The position numbers and the translations under genes were made by a program. Source: an uncultured Thiotrichales bacterium (lineage in GTDB: Bacteria > Pseudomonadota > Gammaproteobacteria > UWMA-0217). Taken from it: a stretch of DNA of 64,000 bases. Numbering within the stretch: the first letter of the stretch is position 1; each line of letters opens with the position of its first letter. Location: contig CAZTOZ010000071.1 in assembly GCA_964614535.1 (NCBI GenBank), positions 7,675 through 71,674 on the forward strand, written 5' to 3'. Of this stretch, positions 54,497 to 64,000 are shown piece after piece. The notes below the pieces were generated by a model. It was not told the origin of the DNA. It saw nothing but the letters and a program-made list of their open reading frames with translations, and did no database searches.

Positions 54497-55090
54497 ATGA
54501 ATGCACGTACCGCCACGGTCGAGCGCAATACGCTCGAAACGCAGATCACGGTCACCATCGACCTCGACGGCCAGGGGACGAGCCGGCTCGATACCGGCGT
54601 GCCGTTCCTGGAGCACATGATCGATCAGATCGCCCGCCACGGGATGATCGACATCGACGTCACCGCCCGTGGCGATCTCCACATCGACGACCACCACACG
54701 GTGGAGGACATCGGCATCACACTGGGCCAGGCATTCTGCCGGGCACTGGGCGACAAGAAAGGCATCACCCGCTACGGCCATGCCTACGTGCCGCTGGACG
54801 AGGCATTGTCGCGGGTGGTGATCGACTTCTCGGGACGGCCGGGACTGGTCTACCAAGCCGACTATCCGCGTGGCACCATCGGCCGCTTCGACGTCGATCT
54901 GATCCTGGAGTTCTTCCAGGGCTGGGTCAATCACGCCAACGCGACGCTGCACATCGACAATCTGCGTGGCGGCAACGCCCACCACATCGCCGAAACCATC
55001 TTCAAGGCCTTCGGCCGCGCGCTGCGGATGGCGATCGCGCCCGATCCGCGCATGGCCGGCATCACCCCGTCCACCAAGGGTTCGCTGTGA
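54497..55090 (+). CDS. hisB: imidazoleglycerol-phosphate dehydratase
   Basis: The IGPD motifs 'D.HH..E' are present. The product is 197 aa. Confidence 0.95.
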   Translation: MNARTATVERNTLETQITVTIDLDGQGTSRLDTGVPFLEHMIDQIARHGMIDIDVTARGDLHIDDHHTVEDIGITLGQAFCRALGDKKGITRYGHAYVPLDEALSRVVIDFSGRPGLVYQADYPRGTIGRFDVDLILEFFQGWVNHANATLHIDNLRGGNAHHIAETIFKAFGRALRMAIAPDPRMAGITPSTKGSL

Positions 55091-55731
55091 GCAGAACGAT
55101 CGCGGTCATCGACTATGGCATGGGCAATCTGCGCTCGGTGGTGAAGGCGCTGGAGTTCGTCGCCGAAGGCACGGCCACGGTGGTGTTGACCGGCGATCCC
55201 GACCGGGTCGCCAAGGCCGATCACGTGGTGTTTCCCGGCCAGGGCGCGGCGCGTGACTGCATGGCGGCGCTACGGCAGACCGGGATGGACGAGGTGGTCC
55301 GCGAGGCGGCGGCGAGCAAGCCGTTTCTCGGCGTCTGCATGGGCATGCAGGTATTGATGCGCCACAGCGAGGAGAACGACGGCACCGATCTGCTGGGCCT
55401 GTTCGACGGCGAGGTCAGACGCTTTCCCGACAGCTTTCACGCGCAGCGGCTGAAGGTGCCGCAAATGGGCTGGAACACGATCCACCAGGCGCAGGCCGAT
55501 CATCCGCTGTTCGCCGGCATCCACGACGACAGCTACTTCTACTTCGTCCACAGTTACTATGTGACGCCGGCCGACCCGTCGCTGACCGCCGGCACCACCG
55601 ACTACGGCGTCACCTTTACCTCGGCCATCGCCCGGGACAACCTCTTCGCCATGCAGAGCCATCCCGAAAAAAGCGCCGACGCCGGCCTGAAACTGCTGAA
55701 GAATTTCATTTCATGGGATGGACAAGCGTGA
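55087..55731 (+). CDS. hisH: imidazole glycerol phosphate synthase glutaminase subunit
   Basis: 'GVCMGMQ' and 'HSYYV' are present. The GTG start overlaps the hisB stop. Confidence 0.9.
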   Translation: MSRTIAVIDYGMGNLRSVVKALEFVAEGTATVVLTGDPDRVAKADHVVFPGQGAARDCMAALRQTGMDEVVREAAASKPFLGVCMGMQVLMRHSEENDGTDLLGLFDGEVRRFPDSFHAQRLKVPQMGWNTIHQAQADHPLFAGIHDDSYFYFVHSYYVTPADPSLTAGTTDYGVTFTSAIARDNLFAMQSHPEKSADAGLKLLKNFISWDGQA

Positions 55732-56465
55732 TGGAGCTGATTCCCGCAATCGACCTCAAAGAAGGCAAATGCGTCCGCCTGCGCCAGGGGCGCATGGAGG
55801 ACTCGACCGTATTCTCCGACGATCCTGTGGCCATGGCCGCGCGCTGGGTGGAGGCCGGTACCTCGCGGCTGCACCTGGTGGACCTGGACGGCGCCTTCGC
55901 CGGCTCGCCGGTCAATCACCAGGCGATCCAGGCCATTTGCAAAGCGTTTCCCGAACTGACGATCCAGGTGGGCGGCGGCATCCGCAACGCCGAAACGGTG
56001 GAGCGCTACCTCGACGACGGCGTGCGCTACACCATCATCGGCACCAAGGCGGTCAACGAACCGCATTTCATCAACGACCTCTGCCTCGGCTTTCCCGGCC
56101 ATATCATCGTCGGCCTCGACGCCAAGAACGGCAAGGTGGCCACGGAGGGGTGGTCGAAGATGTCCCATCACGACGTCATCGATATGGCCAGGCATTTCGA
56201 GAACGACGGCGTCGCCGCCATCATCTACACCGACATCAGCAAGGATGGCATGATGCAGGGCGCCAGCATCGATTCCACCAAGGCACTGGCCGAGGCGATC
56301 CGCATTCCGGTCATCGCCTCCGGCGGCGTCTCGTCGCTGGACGACATCCGCGCACTGTGCGAAGTGCAGGACAGCGGCATCACCGGTGCCATCATTGGCC
56401 GGGCACTCTACGACGGCGCCATCGACCTCGCCGAGGCCAACCGCATCGCCGCCGAATACGGCTGA
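55731..56465 (+). CDS. hisA: ProFAR isomerase
   Basis: The start is 'MELIPAIDL'. A TGATG overlap links it to hisH. Confidence 0.9.
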   Translation: MELIPAIDLKEGKCVRLRQGRMEDSTVFSDDPVAMAARWVEAGTSRLHLVDLDGAFAGSPVNHQAIQAICKAFPELTIQVGGGIRNAETVERYLDDGVRYTIIGTKAVNEPHFINDLCLGFPGHIIVGLDAKNGKVATEGWSKMSHHDVIDMARHFENDGVAAIIYTDISKDGMMQGASIDSTKALAEAIRIPVIASGGVSSLDDIRALCEVQDSGITGAIIGRALYDGAIDLAEANRIAAEYG

Positions 56466-56513
56466 TCGCGGCCATCGTCACCCGCTCGTCCAACAGCTGA
56501 GCCGAAAAACACC

Positions 56514-57290
56514 ATGTCACTGGCCAAACGCATCATTCCCTGCCTCGACGTTCGCGACGGTCGCGTCGTCAAGGGTGTTCAGTTCGTCGATATCCGCGAC
56601 GCCGGCGACCCGGTCGAGGTGGCGCGACGCTACAACGCCGAAGGCGCCGACGAGATCACCTTCCTCGACATCACCGCCAGCTCGGACGACCGCGACACCA
56701 TCATCCATGTCGTCGAGGCGGTGGCCGAAACGGTCTTCATTCCGTTGACGGTTGGTGGCGGCATCCGCAAGGTGGAGGACATTCGCCGCCTGCTCAACGC
56801 CGGGGCCGACAAGGTGGCCATCAACACGGCGGCGGTGTTCAACCCCGATCTGGTCTCCGAGGCCAGCGCCAAGGTGGGCTCGCAGTGCATCGTCGTCGCC
56901 ATCGACGCCAAGCGGGTCAGCACCGACGGCGAGCCGGAGCGATGGGAGATCTTCACCCACGGCGGGCGCAAGCCCACCGGCATCGACGCCGTCGAGTGGG
57001 CCCGGGAGATGGTGCGCCGGGGTGCCGGTGAGATCCTGCTGACCAGCATGGACCGCGACGGCACCAAGATTGGCTTCGACCTGGCCCTGACCCGCGCCAT
57101 CAGCGAGGCGGTGCCGGTGCCGGTGATCGCCTCCGGCGGCGTCGGCAATCTCGAACACCTGGCCGAAGGGGTCACCGAGGGCAAGGCCGACGCGGTGCTG
57201 GCCGCGAGCATCTTCCATTTCGGTGAATACAGCGTGGGCGAGGCCAAGGCCTACATGGCCTCCCGTGGCATCGAGGTTCGGCTGCCATGA
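56514..57290 (+). CDS. hisF: imidazole glycerol phosphate synthase cyclase subunit
   Basis: '[15 protein letters not shown]' is present. Confidence 0.95.
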   Translation: MSLAKRIIPCLDVRDGRVVKGVQFVDIRDAGDPVEVARRYNAEGADEITFLDITASSDDRDTIIHVVEAVAETVFIPLTVGGGIRKVEDIRRLLNAGADKVAINTAAVFNPDLVSEASAKVGSQCIVVAIDAKRVSTDGEPERWEIFTHGGRKPTGIDAVEWAREMVRRGAGEILLTSMDRDGTKIGFDLALTRAISEAVPVPVIASGGVGNLEHLAEGVTEGKADAVLAASIFHFGEYSVGEAKAYMASRGIEVRLP

Positions 57291-57604
57291 GCCGCGCGAT
57301 TCTCACCGAGCTGGCCGACGTGCTCGAAGCACGCAAGGCGGCGGCGCCGGAGGACTCCTACGTCGCCAGCCTCTACCACAAGGGGCTCGACGCCATTCTG
57401 AAGAAGATCGGCGAGGAGGCCACCGAGACGGTGATGGCGGCCAAGGATGGCGACGCCGGCAAGATCGTCTACGAAGTGGCCGACCTGTGGTTTCACACCA
57501 TGGTGCTGCTGGCCCGGCAAGGGTTGCGGCCGGAACAGGTGCTGGACGAGCTGGGACGGCGCTTCGGGATCTCCGGTCACGACGAAAAGGCGAATCGCGG
57601 GTAA
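57287..57604 (+). CDS. hisE: phosphoribosyl-ATP pyrophosphatase
   Basis: The product is 105 aa with the MazG-like 'EEATE...EVADLW' block. An ATGA overlap links it to hisF. Confidence 0.9.
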   Translation: MSRAILTELADVLEARKAAAPEDSYVASLYHKGLDAILKKIGEEATETVMAAKDGDAGKIVYEVADLWFHTMVLLARQGLRPEQVLDELGRRFGISGHDEKANRG

Positions 57605-57625
57605 CCGATCATTCATCATCGCCGC

Positions 57626-57648
57626 CACGCAGTGCTGCTATAATGCGG
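57626..57648 (+). promoter_or_regulatory. candidate extended -10 promoter (TGcTATAAT) for tatABC
   Basis: 'gtgctgcTATAATgcgg' lies about 40 nt upstream of the tatA ATG. A GGAG Shine-Dalgarno is also present. Confidence 0.4.
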
Positions 57649-57679
57649 CGGACATTCCTAACGCACGCGGAGAAACATT

Positions 57680-57904
57680 ATGGGTTTTGGTGGAATCAGC
57701 CCCTGGTCGTTGTTGCTCATCCTCCTGATCGTCATGCTGATCTTCGGCACCAAGCGCCTCAAGGGCGTCGGTGGTGACCTCGGCTCGGCCATCAAGAGCT
57801 TCAAGAAGGCGATGAGCGACGGTGAACAGGAGGAGACGAAGCAGCTCAAGCAGGACACGACCAAGGTGGTCGAAGGCGAAGTCAAAGAGAAAGAAAAGGC
57901 GTAA
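57680..57904 (+). CDS. tatA: twin-arginine translocase TatA
   Basis: An N-terminal TM helix and a 'FGTKRL' hinge are present. Confidence 0.9.
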   Translation: MGFGGISPWSLLLILLIVMLIFGTKRLKGVGGDLGSAIKSFKKAMSDGEQEETKQLKQDTTKVVEGEVKEKEKA

Positions 57905-57916
57905 GGGCCGATCCGG

Positions 57917-58267
57917 ATGTTCGACGCTGGCTTCTGGGAGTTCCTGTTGATCGGCATCGTCGCGCTGCTGGTGGTCGGGCCCGAGCGCCTGCCGGAGCTG
58001 GCACGCAAGGCCGGTTACTGGATCGGCCGGGCGCGCAAGTTCGTCAACACCGTCAAGGCCGACGTCGAACGCGAATTCCGCACCGAGGAGCTGGAAAAGA
58101 TGCTCAGCCAGCAGAACCAGGAGATCCAGGAGCTTCGCGACATGATGAAGAGCACGCAGCAGAGCACGCTGGACAGCCTCAACGAGACGGAGTACCTCGT
58201 CCGCTCCAGCACCTCGACCGCCCTCACCGCCGAAGAAAAAGAAGAAAAGCCAGCCAAGAATGGCTAA
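57917..58267 (+). CDS. tatB: twin-arginine translocase TatB
   Basis: '[10 protein letters not shown]' is present. Confidence 0.9.
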   Translation: MFDAGFWEFLLIGIVALLVVGPERLPELARKAGYWIGRARKFVNTVKADVEREFRTEELEKMLSQQNQEIQELRDMMKSTQQSTLDSLNETEYLVRSSTSTALTAEEKEEKPAKNG

Positions 58268-59321
58268 AACCGATCCCGACAATCCCCAGGCCGAAATGGG
58301 GTTTCTCAGCCACCTGATCGAGCTGCGCGACCGTCTGCTGCGCAGCGTGATCGCGGTGGCCATCGCGTTCGCATTGATGTTCCCGTTCGCGAACGACATC
58401 TACACCTTTCTCGCCGAACCGCTGATGAAGCACCTGCCGGAAGGCAGCTCGATGATCGCCATCGACGTCGCCTCACCGTTCCTGACGCCCTTCAAGCTGG
58501 TGCTGATGCTGTCGGTGGTGCTGACCATCCCCTACCTGTTGCATCAGCTCTGGTCTTTCATCGCGCCCGGGCTCTACCAGCACGAGAAACGGCTGGCATT
58601 GCCACTGCTGGCCTCCAGCGTGGTGCTGTTCTACGTCGGCATGGCCTTCGCCTACTTCGTCGTCTTTCCGTTGGTCTTCGGCTTCTTCACCAGCGTCACT
58701 CCCGATGGCGTCACGGTGATGACCGACATCAACCGCTACCTCGACTTCGTGCTGATGATGTTCCTCGCCTTCGGCATCGCCTTCGAGGTACCGGTGGCCA
58801 CGGTCCTGGTGGTCTCGGTCGGCATCACCACGACCGAGAAGCTCGCCCGGATGCGTCCGTACATCATCGTCGGCGCCTTCGTCATCGGCATGCTGCTGAC
58901 GCCGCCCGATGTCGTCTCCCAGGTGCTGCTGGCGATCCCGATGTGGATCCTGTTCGAGGCCGGGCTCTGGGCCACCCGCTATATCAAGGCGCACCGACCC
59001 GACGACGGGGCGGCCGACCCCGCCACCGCGCCCGGCGGCACCGTCGCCACGGCTGGCGCCGGCGCCGCCGCAGCGGCGACGAGCGAAATGTCATCGGCGG
59101 AACAGGCCGTCGCCGACGCCCTCATCGACGAGGAACCCCGCTGGCAACCGATGACCGACGAGGAGATGGAGGATGAGCTCGACGCCATCGGCGAATGGGA
59201 GGACGAAGACGAAGACGAGGATGAAGACGATGCCCCCGAAGGGGACGGCGACACCGGCGCGGACGATGAGGATCCCGACTCACCACCGACGGGCGAAGAG
59301 AAATCGGGCGACCAGGCGTGA
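58260..59321 (+). CDS. tatC: twin-arginine translocase TatC with a roughly 100-aa acidic C-terminal extension
   Basis: Six TM helices form a TatC core. An Asp/Glu-rich tail follows ('[11 protein letters not shown]'). Confidence 0.85.
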   Translation: MAKTDPDNPQAEMGFLSHLIELRDRLLRSVIAVAIAFALMFPFANDIYTFLAEPLMKHLPEGSSMIAIDVASPFLTPFKLVLMLSVVLTIPYLLHQLWSFIAPGLYQHEKRLALPLLASSVVLFYVGMAFAYFVVFPLVFGFFTSVTPDGVTVMTDINRYLDFVLMMFLAFGIAFEVPVATVLVVSVGITTTEKLARMRPYIIVGAFVIGMLLTPPDVVSQVLLAIPMWILFEAGLWATRYIKAHRPDDGAADPATAPGGTVATAGAGAAAAATSEMSSAEQAVADALIDEEPRWQPMTDEEMEDELDAIGEWEDEDEDEDEDDAPEGDGDTGADDEDPDSPPTGEEKSGDQA

Positions 59322-59361
59322 CCGCGCCACCACGGCGAGCCGCCAGCATCAGGCTGGCGTC

Positions 59362-60858
59362 TCAGGTCCCGCAAAACGTCTGCCACACCACCTCGTCCGG
59401 TTTCGGCGGTTCGGCATAGACCGCGCAGCCCGGTTGTTCATCGAAGGGGTGTTGCAACACGGCGTGGAGGCGGTGAAACGGGGCAAAGTCATCATGCGCC
59501 TCGGCGGCGTGAATCACCGCTTCGACCTGATGGTTGCGCGGGATATAGAGGGGGTTGACCATCCGCATCGCCCGCTGGCGCCGTTCGTCCGACCGGGATT
59601 CCCGCGCCAGTCGCTGCCGCCAGCGTGACAACCACCGTTCGATGCCCTCGCGCCGATGAAACAGTCCGGTCAGCGCCTCGTCCGCCGACGATGGCGCGGC
59701 GGCGAGCGTCGACAGCCGGCGAAACGCCAGGGTGAAGTCGGTGTTCTCCCGGGCCAGCAGATCGAGGAAGGCCCCGGCCAGCTCGTCGTCGCCTGGCATC
59801 TTCCGCAACAGGCCGAGTTTCTCCCGCATCCCGTCCAGCCAGTAGCCCCGATAGAGATCGATATAGGTGTTCAGATGCTTCTGCGCCGTTGCCACCGCGG
59901 CCTTGATGTCGCCATCACTCCGCAGCAGGGGCAACAACGTCTCGGCAAAACGGATCAGGTTCCACTGGCCGATCGGTGGCTGGTTGGCGTAGGCATAACG
60001 GCCCTGGCGGTCGATCGAGCTGTAGACCTGATGGTGATCGAAACCGTCCATGAAGGCGCAGGGTCCATAGTCTATGGTCTCGCCGGCGATCGACACGTTG
60101 TCGGTGTTCATCACGCCGTGGATGAAGCCCAGCTGCATCCAGCGCGCGATCAGCGCGGCCTGACGGTCGACGACCCGCCCCAGCAACGCCTCATAGGGAT
60201 TGGCCGCCGCTTCCACCTCGGGGTAGAGCCGTCCGATGACATGATCGGCCAGCCGACGGACGGCCGCCCAATCACCGTTGGCGGCAAAGTATTCGAAGCT
60301 GCCGACGCGCACGAAGCTGCGTGAGATCCGGGTGAGGATGCCGCCCGGTAGCGGCCGGTCACGCATTACGGTTTCACCGGTGGCAACGAGCGCCAGTGCG
60401 CGGGTGGTCGGCACGCCGAGACGGGCCATCGCCTCACTGAGCAGATACTCCCGTATTACCGGCCCCAGCGCGGCACGGCCATCGCCATTGCGGGAGAACG
60501 GCGTCGGTCCGCTGCCCTTGAGCTGGACATCGTGGCGCTGGCCGGCGGCCACCACCTCCCCCAGCAGAATGGCGCGCCCGTCACCGAGTCGCGGGCTGAA
60601 ACCACCGAACTGATGACCAGCATAGGCCATGGCCAGCGGTTCGGCGCCCGGTGGAATTTCATTGCCGCTGAAAATGGCGGCGCCCGTGGGTCCGTCAAGC
60701 ACCGCCACCGCCATCCCGAGCTCGGCCGCGAGTTCGCGGTTGAAGGCGACCAGCCGTGGCGCGGCCACCGGTTCGGGATCGACGCGCGCATGGAAGGTGG
60801 CGCCAAGGCCGACGTAACGGTTGTCGAAGGGGATCGGTCCGCTCATGGCGGCAAGCAT
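59362..60858 (-). CDS. selO: protein adenylyl/UMPyl-transferase SelO (YdiU)
   Basis: It aligns with E. coli SelO throughout ('HGVMNTDN', 'LDYGP'). The start was chosen at the internal Met to leave a divergent promoter with gpmI. Confidence 0.8.
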   Translation of the reverse strand: MLAAMSGPIPFDNRYVGLGATFHARVDPEPVAAPRLVAFNRELAAELGMAVAVLDGPTGAAIFSGNEIPPGAEPLAMAYAGHQFGGFSPRLGDGRAILLGEVVAAGQRHDVQLKGSGPTPFSRNGDGRAALGPVIREYLLSEAMARLGVPTTRALALVATGETVMRDRPLPGGILTRISRSFVRVGSFEYFAANGDWAAVRRLADHVIGRLYPEVEAAANPYEALLGRVVDRQAALIARWMQLGFIHGVMNTDNVSIAGETIDYGPCAFMDGFDHHQVYSSIDRQGRYAYANQPPIGQWNLIRFAETLLPLLRSDGDIKAAVATAQKHLNTYIDLYRGYWLDGMREKLGLLRKMPGDDELAGAFLDLLARENTDFTLAFRRLSTLAAAPSSADEALTGLFHRREGIERWLSRWRQRLARESRSDERRQRAMRMVNPLYIPRNHQVEAVIHAAEAHDDFAPFHRLHAVLQHPFDEQPGCAVYAEPPKPDEVVWQTFCGT

Positions 60859-60971
60859 CCCAGCAACCGGCGGTGGCAGGCCAAAGCCCGCGCCCGAACC
60901 GAGGTTTTCGTATTCCCACAACGCATCCACTACAATTCGCGCCCACCAACGACACCCATCATGAGCCCGCA

Positions 60972-62522
60972 ATGACCGAAAAGCGCCACGTACCCCGCCG
61001 CAACACCCTCCTGATCATCCTGGACGGTTTCGGCATCAATCCCGCCAAGATCAACAACGCCGTCCACGAAGCCAACACGCCCCGGCTGGACGAGTACTTC
61101 GCCCGCTATGCCCACACCACGCTGGACGCCTCCGGCCGGGCGGTGGGACTGCCGGTGGGGCAGTTCGGCAACTCCGAGGTGGGCCACACCATCCTCGGCT
61201 GCGGCAGCGTCGTGCGGCAGGATCTGGTACGGATCAACGACGCCATCGAGGATGGCAGCTTCTTCGAGAACACCGTCCTGCTGGACGCCATCCACGCCGC
61301 CAGGGAACATGGTCGGCCGGTGCATCTGGTGGGCCTGGTCTCCGACGGCGGCGTCCACAGCCACTGCGCCCACATCGCCGCATTGATCAAGATGTGCCGC
61401 AAGCACAAGGTGCGCCCGGTGATGCACATGATCACCGACGGCCGCGACACCCCGCCCAAATCGGCATTGCAGTTCCTGGCGCCGCTGGAGAAGCGGCTGA
61501 GCAAGGCCGGCGGCCACATCGCCACCATCATCGGCCGCTATTTCGCGATGGATCGCGACAACCGCTGGGAACGCACCGAGGATGCCTGGCAGCTGATGGT
61601 CAATGGTGTCGGCGAAAAGGTGGAGAACGCGACCCACGGGATTCTGCAGGCCTACGACCGGGGGCTGTCGGACGAGTTCATCGAACCGATGCTGGTGGAG
61701 AATGGCGAAACCATCGGCGAAGAGGACATTGTCATCTTCTTCAACTTCCGCAACGACCGGCCACGCCAGCTGGCCGAGGCGCTGGCGATGGAGACGTTCG
61801 ATCAATTCGATCGCGGCGATTTCCGCGCCTGCTACCTCACCTGCCTGACCGAATACGACACCCGGCTGCTGGCGCCGATCGTCTTCCCTCCCGAGCGCCC
61901 CAAGATCACATTGACCAAGGCGGTGAGCTTTGCCGGCTACAAACAGTTCCACTGCGCCGAGACGGAAAAATACGCACACGTCACCTTTTTCTTCAACGGC
62001 GGGCGCGAGGAGGCCTACGCCGGCGAGGATCGGCGCATGATCCACTCACCCAACGTCCACACCTATGACGAAGCTCCGGAGATGAGCGCGCGGGAAGTGG
62101 CCAACGCCACCATCGAGGCCATCGAGTCGGGCGCCTACAGCTTCATTCTGGTGAATTTCGCCAATGGTGACATGGTGGGCCACACCGCCAAGCGCGATGC
62201 CATCGTCCGTGCCGTGGAATTCATGGACACCCAGGTGGGACGGGTGCTCGACGCCGCCCTGCTGAACGACTACTCGGCCATCGTCACCGCCGACCACGGC
62301 AATTGCGACGAATACATCGACCCCTATACCGGCGAACCCCATACCCAGCACACTGCCTATCCGGTACCGTTCCTGGTGGTCGACAAATCGTTCTGGCGGC
62401 TGGCCACCGGCGGCGGCCTCAGCAACGTGGCGCCAACGGTGCTGGAGCTGATGGGCCTGCAGATTCCGGAAGGGATGCAGGGGGAATCGCTGCTGCTGGA
62501 GGAGATCGGCCCGGTGGTCTGA
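60972..62522 (+). CDS. gpmI: 2,3-bisphosphoglycerate-independent phosphoglycerate mutase
   Basis: 'LILDGFG' and the Mn-site motifs 'ADHGN' are present. The product is 516 aa. Confidence 0.9.
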   Translation: MTEKRHVPRRNTLLIILDGFGINPAKINNAVHEANTPRLDEYFARYAHTTLDASGRAVGLPVGQFGNSEVGHTILGCGSVVRQDLVRINDAIEDGSFFENTVLLDAIHAAREHGRPVHLVGLVSDGGVHSHCAHIAALIKMCRKHKVRPVMHMITDGRDTPPKSALQFLAPLEKRLSKAGGHIATIIGRYFAMDRDNRWERTEDAWQLMVNGVGEKVENATHGILQAYDRGLSDEFIEPMLVENGETIGEEDIVIFFNFRNDRPRQLAEALAMETFDQFDRGDFRACYLTCLTEYDTRLLAPIVFPPERPKITLTKAVSFAGYKQFHCAETEKYAHVTFFFNGGREEAYAGEDRRMIHSPNVHTYDEAPEMSAREVANATIEAIESGAYSFILVNFANGDMVGHTAKRDAIVRAVEFMDTQVGRVLDAALLNDYSAIVTADHGNCDEYIDPYTGEPHTQHTAYPVPFLVVDKSFWRLATGGGLSNVAPTVLELMGLQIPEGMQGESLLLEEIGPVV

Positions 62523-62541
62523 ACGCGGTGTCCGCCGTCGC

Positions 62542-64000
62542 TCAGGGGGTCTCCAGCACCTCGATATCCTGCCGGCAGTCGATGCGGTAGTCGGCCACGG
62601 TCCCTTCCGGGAACTCCTGGGCCACCAGCCAGATCTGGGTGATGTCCTTGCTGATGTGGGGCAACTGCTCCAGCGTGTTGCGGATACGCTCCTGATCGAA
62701 GAAGGCGAAGGGTTCGTCGAAGAAGATGAACTGCCGCCCCGCCTCGATGTTCTTGATCAGCTCCTGTGTCATCGCCAGGCGCAGCGACAGCATGATCTGC
62801 CGCTGGGTGCCGCTGGAGGTTTCGTCGAAGTCCATGAAGTCGCGCTTTTCGTTGGAAAAGACGCGCACGTCGAGATTCTCGTCGATCTTCAGATGCTTGT
62901 AGCGCCCCTGCGTGAACACCGGCAACGCCTCGCCAGCCAACATCAGCACCTCCTGGTTGAAACGGTGCGAGAGGTGGTGCGAGGCGGCGTCGAGCAGGCT
63001 GATGGCGGTATCGTTGACCTCGATGCGGCGCTGATGCTCCTTGAGCTTGCGGTTGAGGTTGACCTGGATCGTCTTCAGGCCGTCGGCATGGTTCAATCGC
63101 TTGGTCTCGTGCTTGATCTCCTTGTCGAGCACGTCGAGCCGCTGCCCAATCTCCTCGTTCTGCTGACTGATCTCCACGTCGACTCGATCGGTGACGTCCC
63201 GCAGCCGCTCAGGCAGCGCGGTGAGGTCACGCACGGCTTGCTGCACGCCGCCCAACTCCTGCAACAGGCCGTGGTAGTCGTGCTCCACCGGCTCCACCCC
63301 TTTCTTGCGGAAGAACTTGGTGATGCTCTTGGGCAGGGAGGGGATGGCCGTCGCCAGCTCCAGCCCGGCCTTCTTCAGATCCTCCGCCACCAGCACCGCC
63401 TGACGACGAAGCCGGGCCGCCTTGCGATCCATCCGCCAGATGCCGAACAGCGACAACGCAAAGGCACCGGTCGCCACCCAGGCCAGCGGCTGCAGCATCG
63501 GCTGCCAACGCGTCTCCCAAGCGGCGAACGCACCACGCAACCACTGCGCCAGTGCCTGCCCCTGGGGGGAGTCGGGCATCAGGCTGAGCGTCGCCCAGAC
63601 CACCCAGAACAGCGCCGCCAGCGTGAAGGTGACGATGGCCAGCCCAAAGAAGAGTCTGCTGAGCCGTTCCGACCGCCACACCACCGGCGCGGTCTCCTCG
63701 TACAGCGCCGTCCCCACCTCGAGATCGGACAACGCCCTGGCCTTCTGCTTGCGGGCATCGGCCAGCTTGCGCCGGCTCTTCTCCAGCGCCGGCTTCCACT
63801 TCTCGTTGATTTCCAGGTCGTGATAGCGCTTGGCCACCTCCTGAAAGTCCTTGCCGGTGGACTCGACGATGTTCTCCTCTTTCTCGTTGGCCCGCTGGAG
63901 CCCCGCGGCCACTTCGGTGAGCGGCGCGATGCCGGCCATCACCTTGATGGTGTGGCTGTGGGGATGGGGCGTGGTCAGCTCGCGCTGCGCCAGATAGAAC
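62542..64000 (-). CDS. C-terminal part of a YhaN/SbcC-like SMC-family ATPase with two internal TM helices (N-terminus beyond the window edge)
   Basis: The frame is open to nt 64000. The Walker B 'FIFFDEPFAFFD' and the signature-like 'SSGTQRQIMLSL' are present. Two hydrophobic helices lie mid-protein. Confidence 0.6.
   Translation of the reverse strand, partial: FYLAQRELTTPHPHSHTIKVMAGIAPLTEVAAGLQRANEKEENIVESTGKDFQEVAKRYHDLEINEKWKPALEKSRRKLADARKQKARALSDLEVGTALYEETAPVVWRSERLSRLFFGLAIVTFTLAALFWVVWATLSLMPDSPQGQALAQWLRGAFAAWETRWQPMLQPLAWVATGAFALSLFGIWRMDRKAARLRRQAVLVAEDLKKAGLELATAIPSLPKSITKFFRKKGVEPVEHDYHGLLQELGGVQQAVRDLTALPERLRDVTDRVDVEISQQNEEIGQRLDVLDKEIKHETKRLNHADGLKTIQVNLNRKLKEHQRRIEVNDTAISLLDAASHHLSHRFNQEVLMLAGEALPVFTQGRYKHLKIDENLDVRVFSNEKRDFMDFDETSSGTQRQIMLSLRLAMTQELIKNIEAGRQFIFFDEPFAFFDQERIRNTLEQLPHISKDITQIWLVAQEFPEGTVADYRIDCRQDIEVLETP

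Noticed and set aside
60859-60972. SelO starting at the track's first Met (60972)
   Set aside because: That start would make the SelO and divergent gpmI start codons abut with no promoter space. The E. coli SelO alignment begins near the internal Met39/Met43.

Overview
This 64 kb window is a high-GC (about 65%) chromosomal segment that looks gammaproteobacterial and is densely packed with core genes; apart from the partial ATPase at the 3' edge, nothing here forms a compact, obviously novel multi-gene system. The most unusual loci are the paired 51-nt intergenic repeat, the AT-hook repeat protein, the Met-rich membrane protein and a probable compatible-solute (glycosylglycerate) operon. Calls rest on reading the six-frame ORF track against the sequence: recognisable protein motifs, gene-order conservation, and start-codon, Shine-Dalgarno, stop-overlap and hairpin inspection. 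No database searches were possible. Several classical syntenic blocks are intact: xerD-dsbC, lptG/lptF with pepA-holC-valS on the other strand, yhdP-rng-maf, hisBHAFE followed by tatABC, apaG-apaH, and a thiC gene preceded by a clear TPP riboswitch. Between these blocks lie less ordinary loci. The window starts inside a DUF2063 gene, which suggests a DUF692 neighbour upstream and out of view. An extra MnmA-like PP-loop thiouridylase paralog sits ahead of two lipoproteins. There is a methionine-rich single-pass membrane protein. An AT-hook ('RGRPPK') tandem-repeat DNA-binding protein sits on tandem DNA repeats. Two adjacent c-di-GMP phosphodiesterases (degenerate GGDEF-EAL and DUF3391-HD-GYP) are present. 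A probable compatible-solute operon (MPGP/YedP-family phosphatase plus a ~400-aa glycosyltransferase plus a Glu/Lys-rich coiled-coil protein) is inserted next to the conserved yhdP/C-N-hydrolase block. A 51-nt intergenic motif occurs twice (18506-18556 and 33279-33329) at about 90% identity. A partial YhaN/SbcC-like ATPase with internal TM helices runs off the 3' edge. No tRNA, rRNA, CRISPR array, transposase or integrase-flanked island was recognised. Most very long ORFs in the track are GC-driven antisense artefacts.
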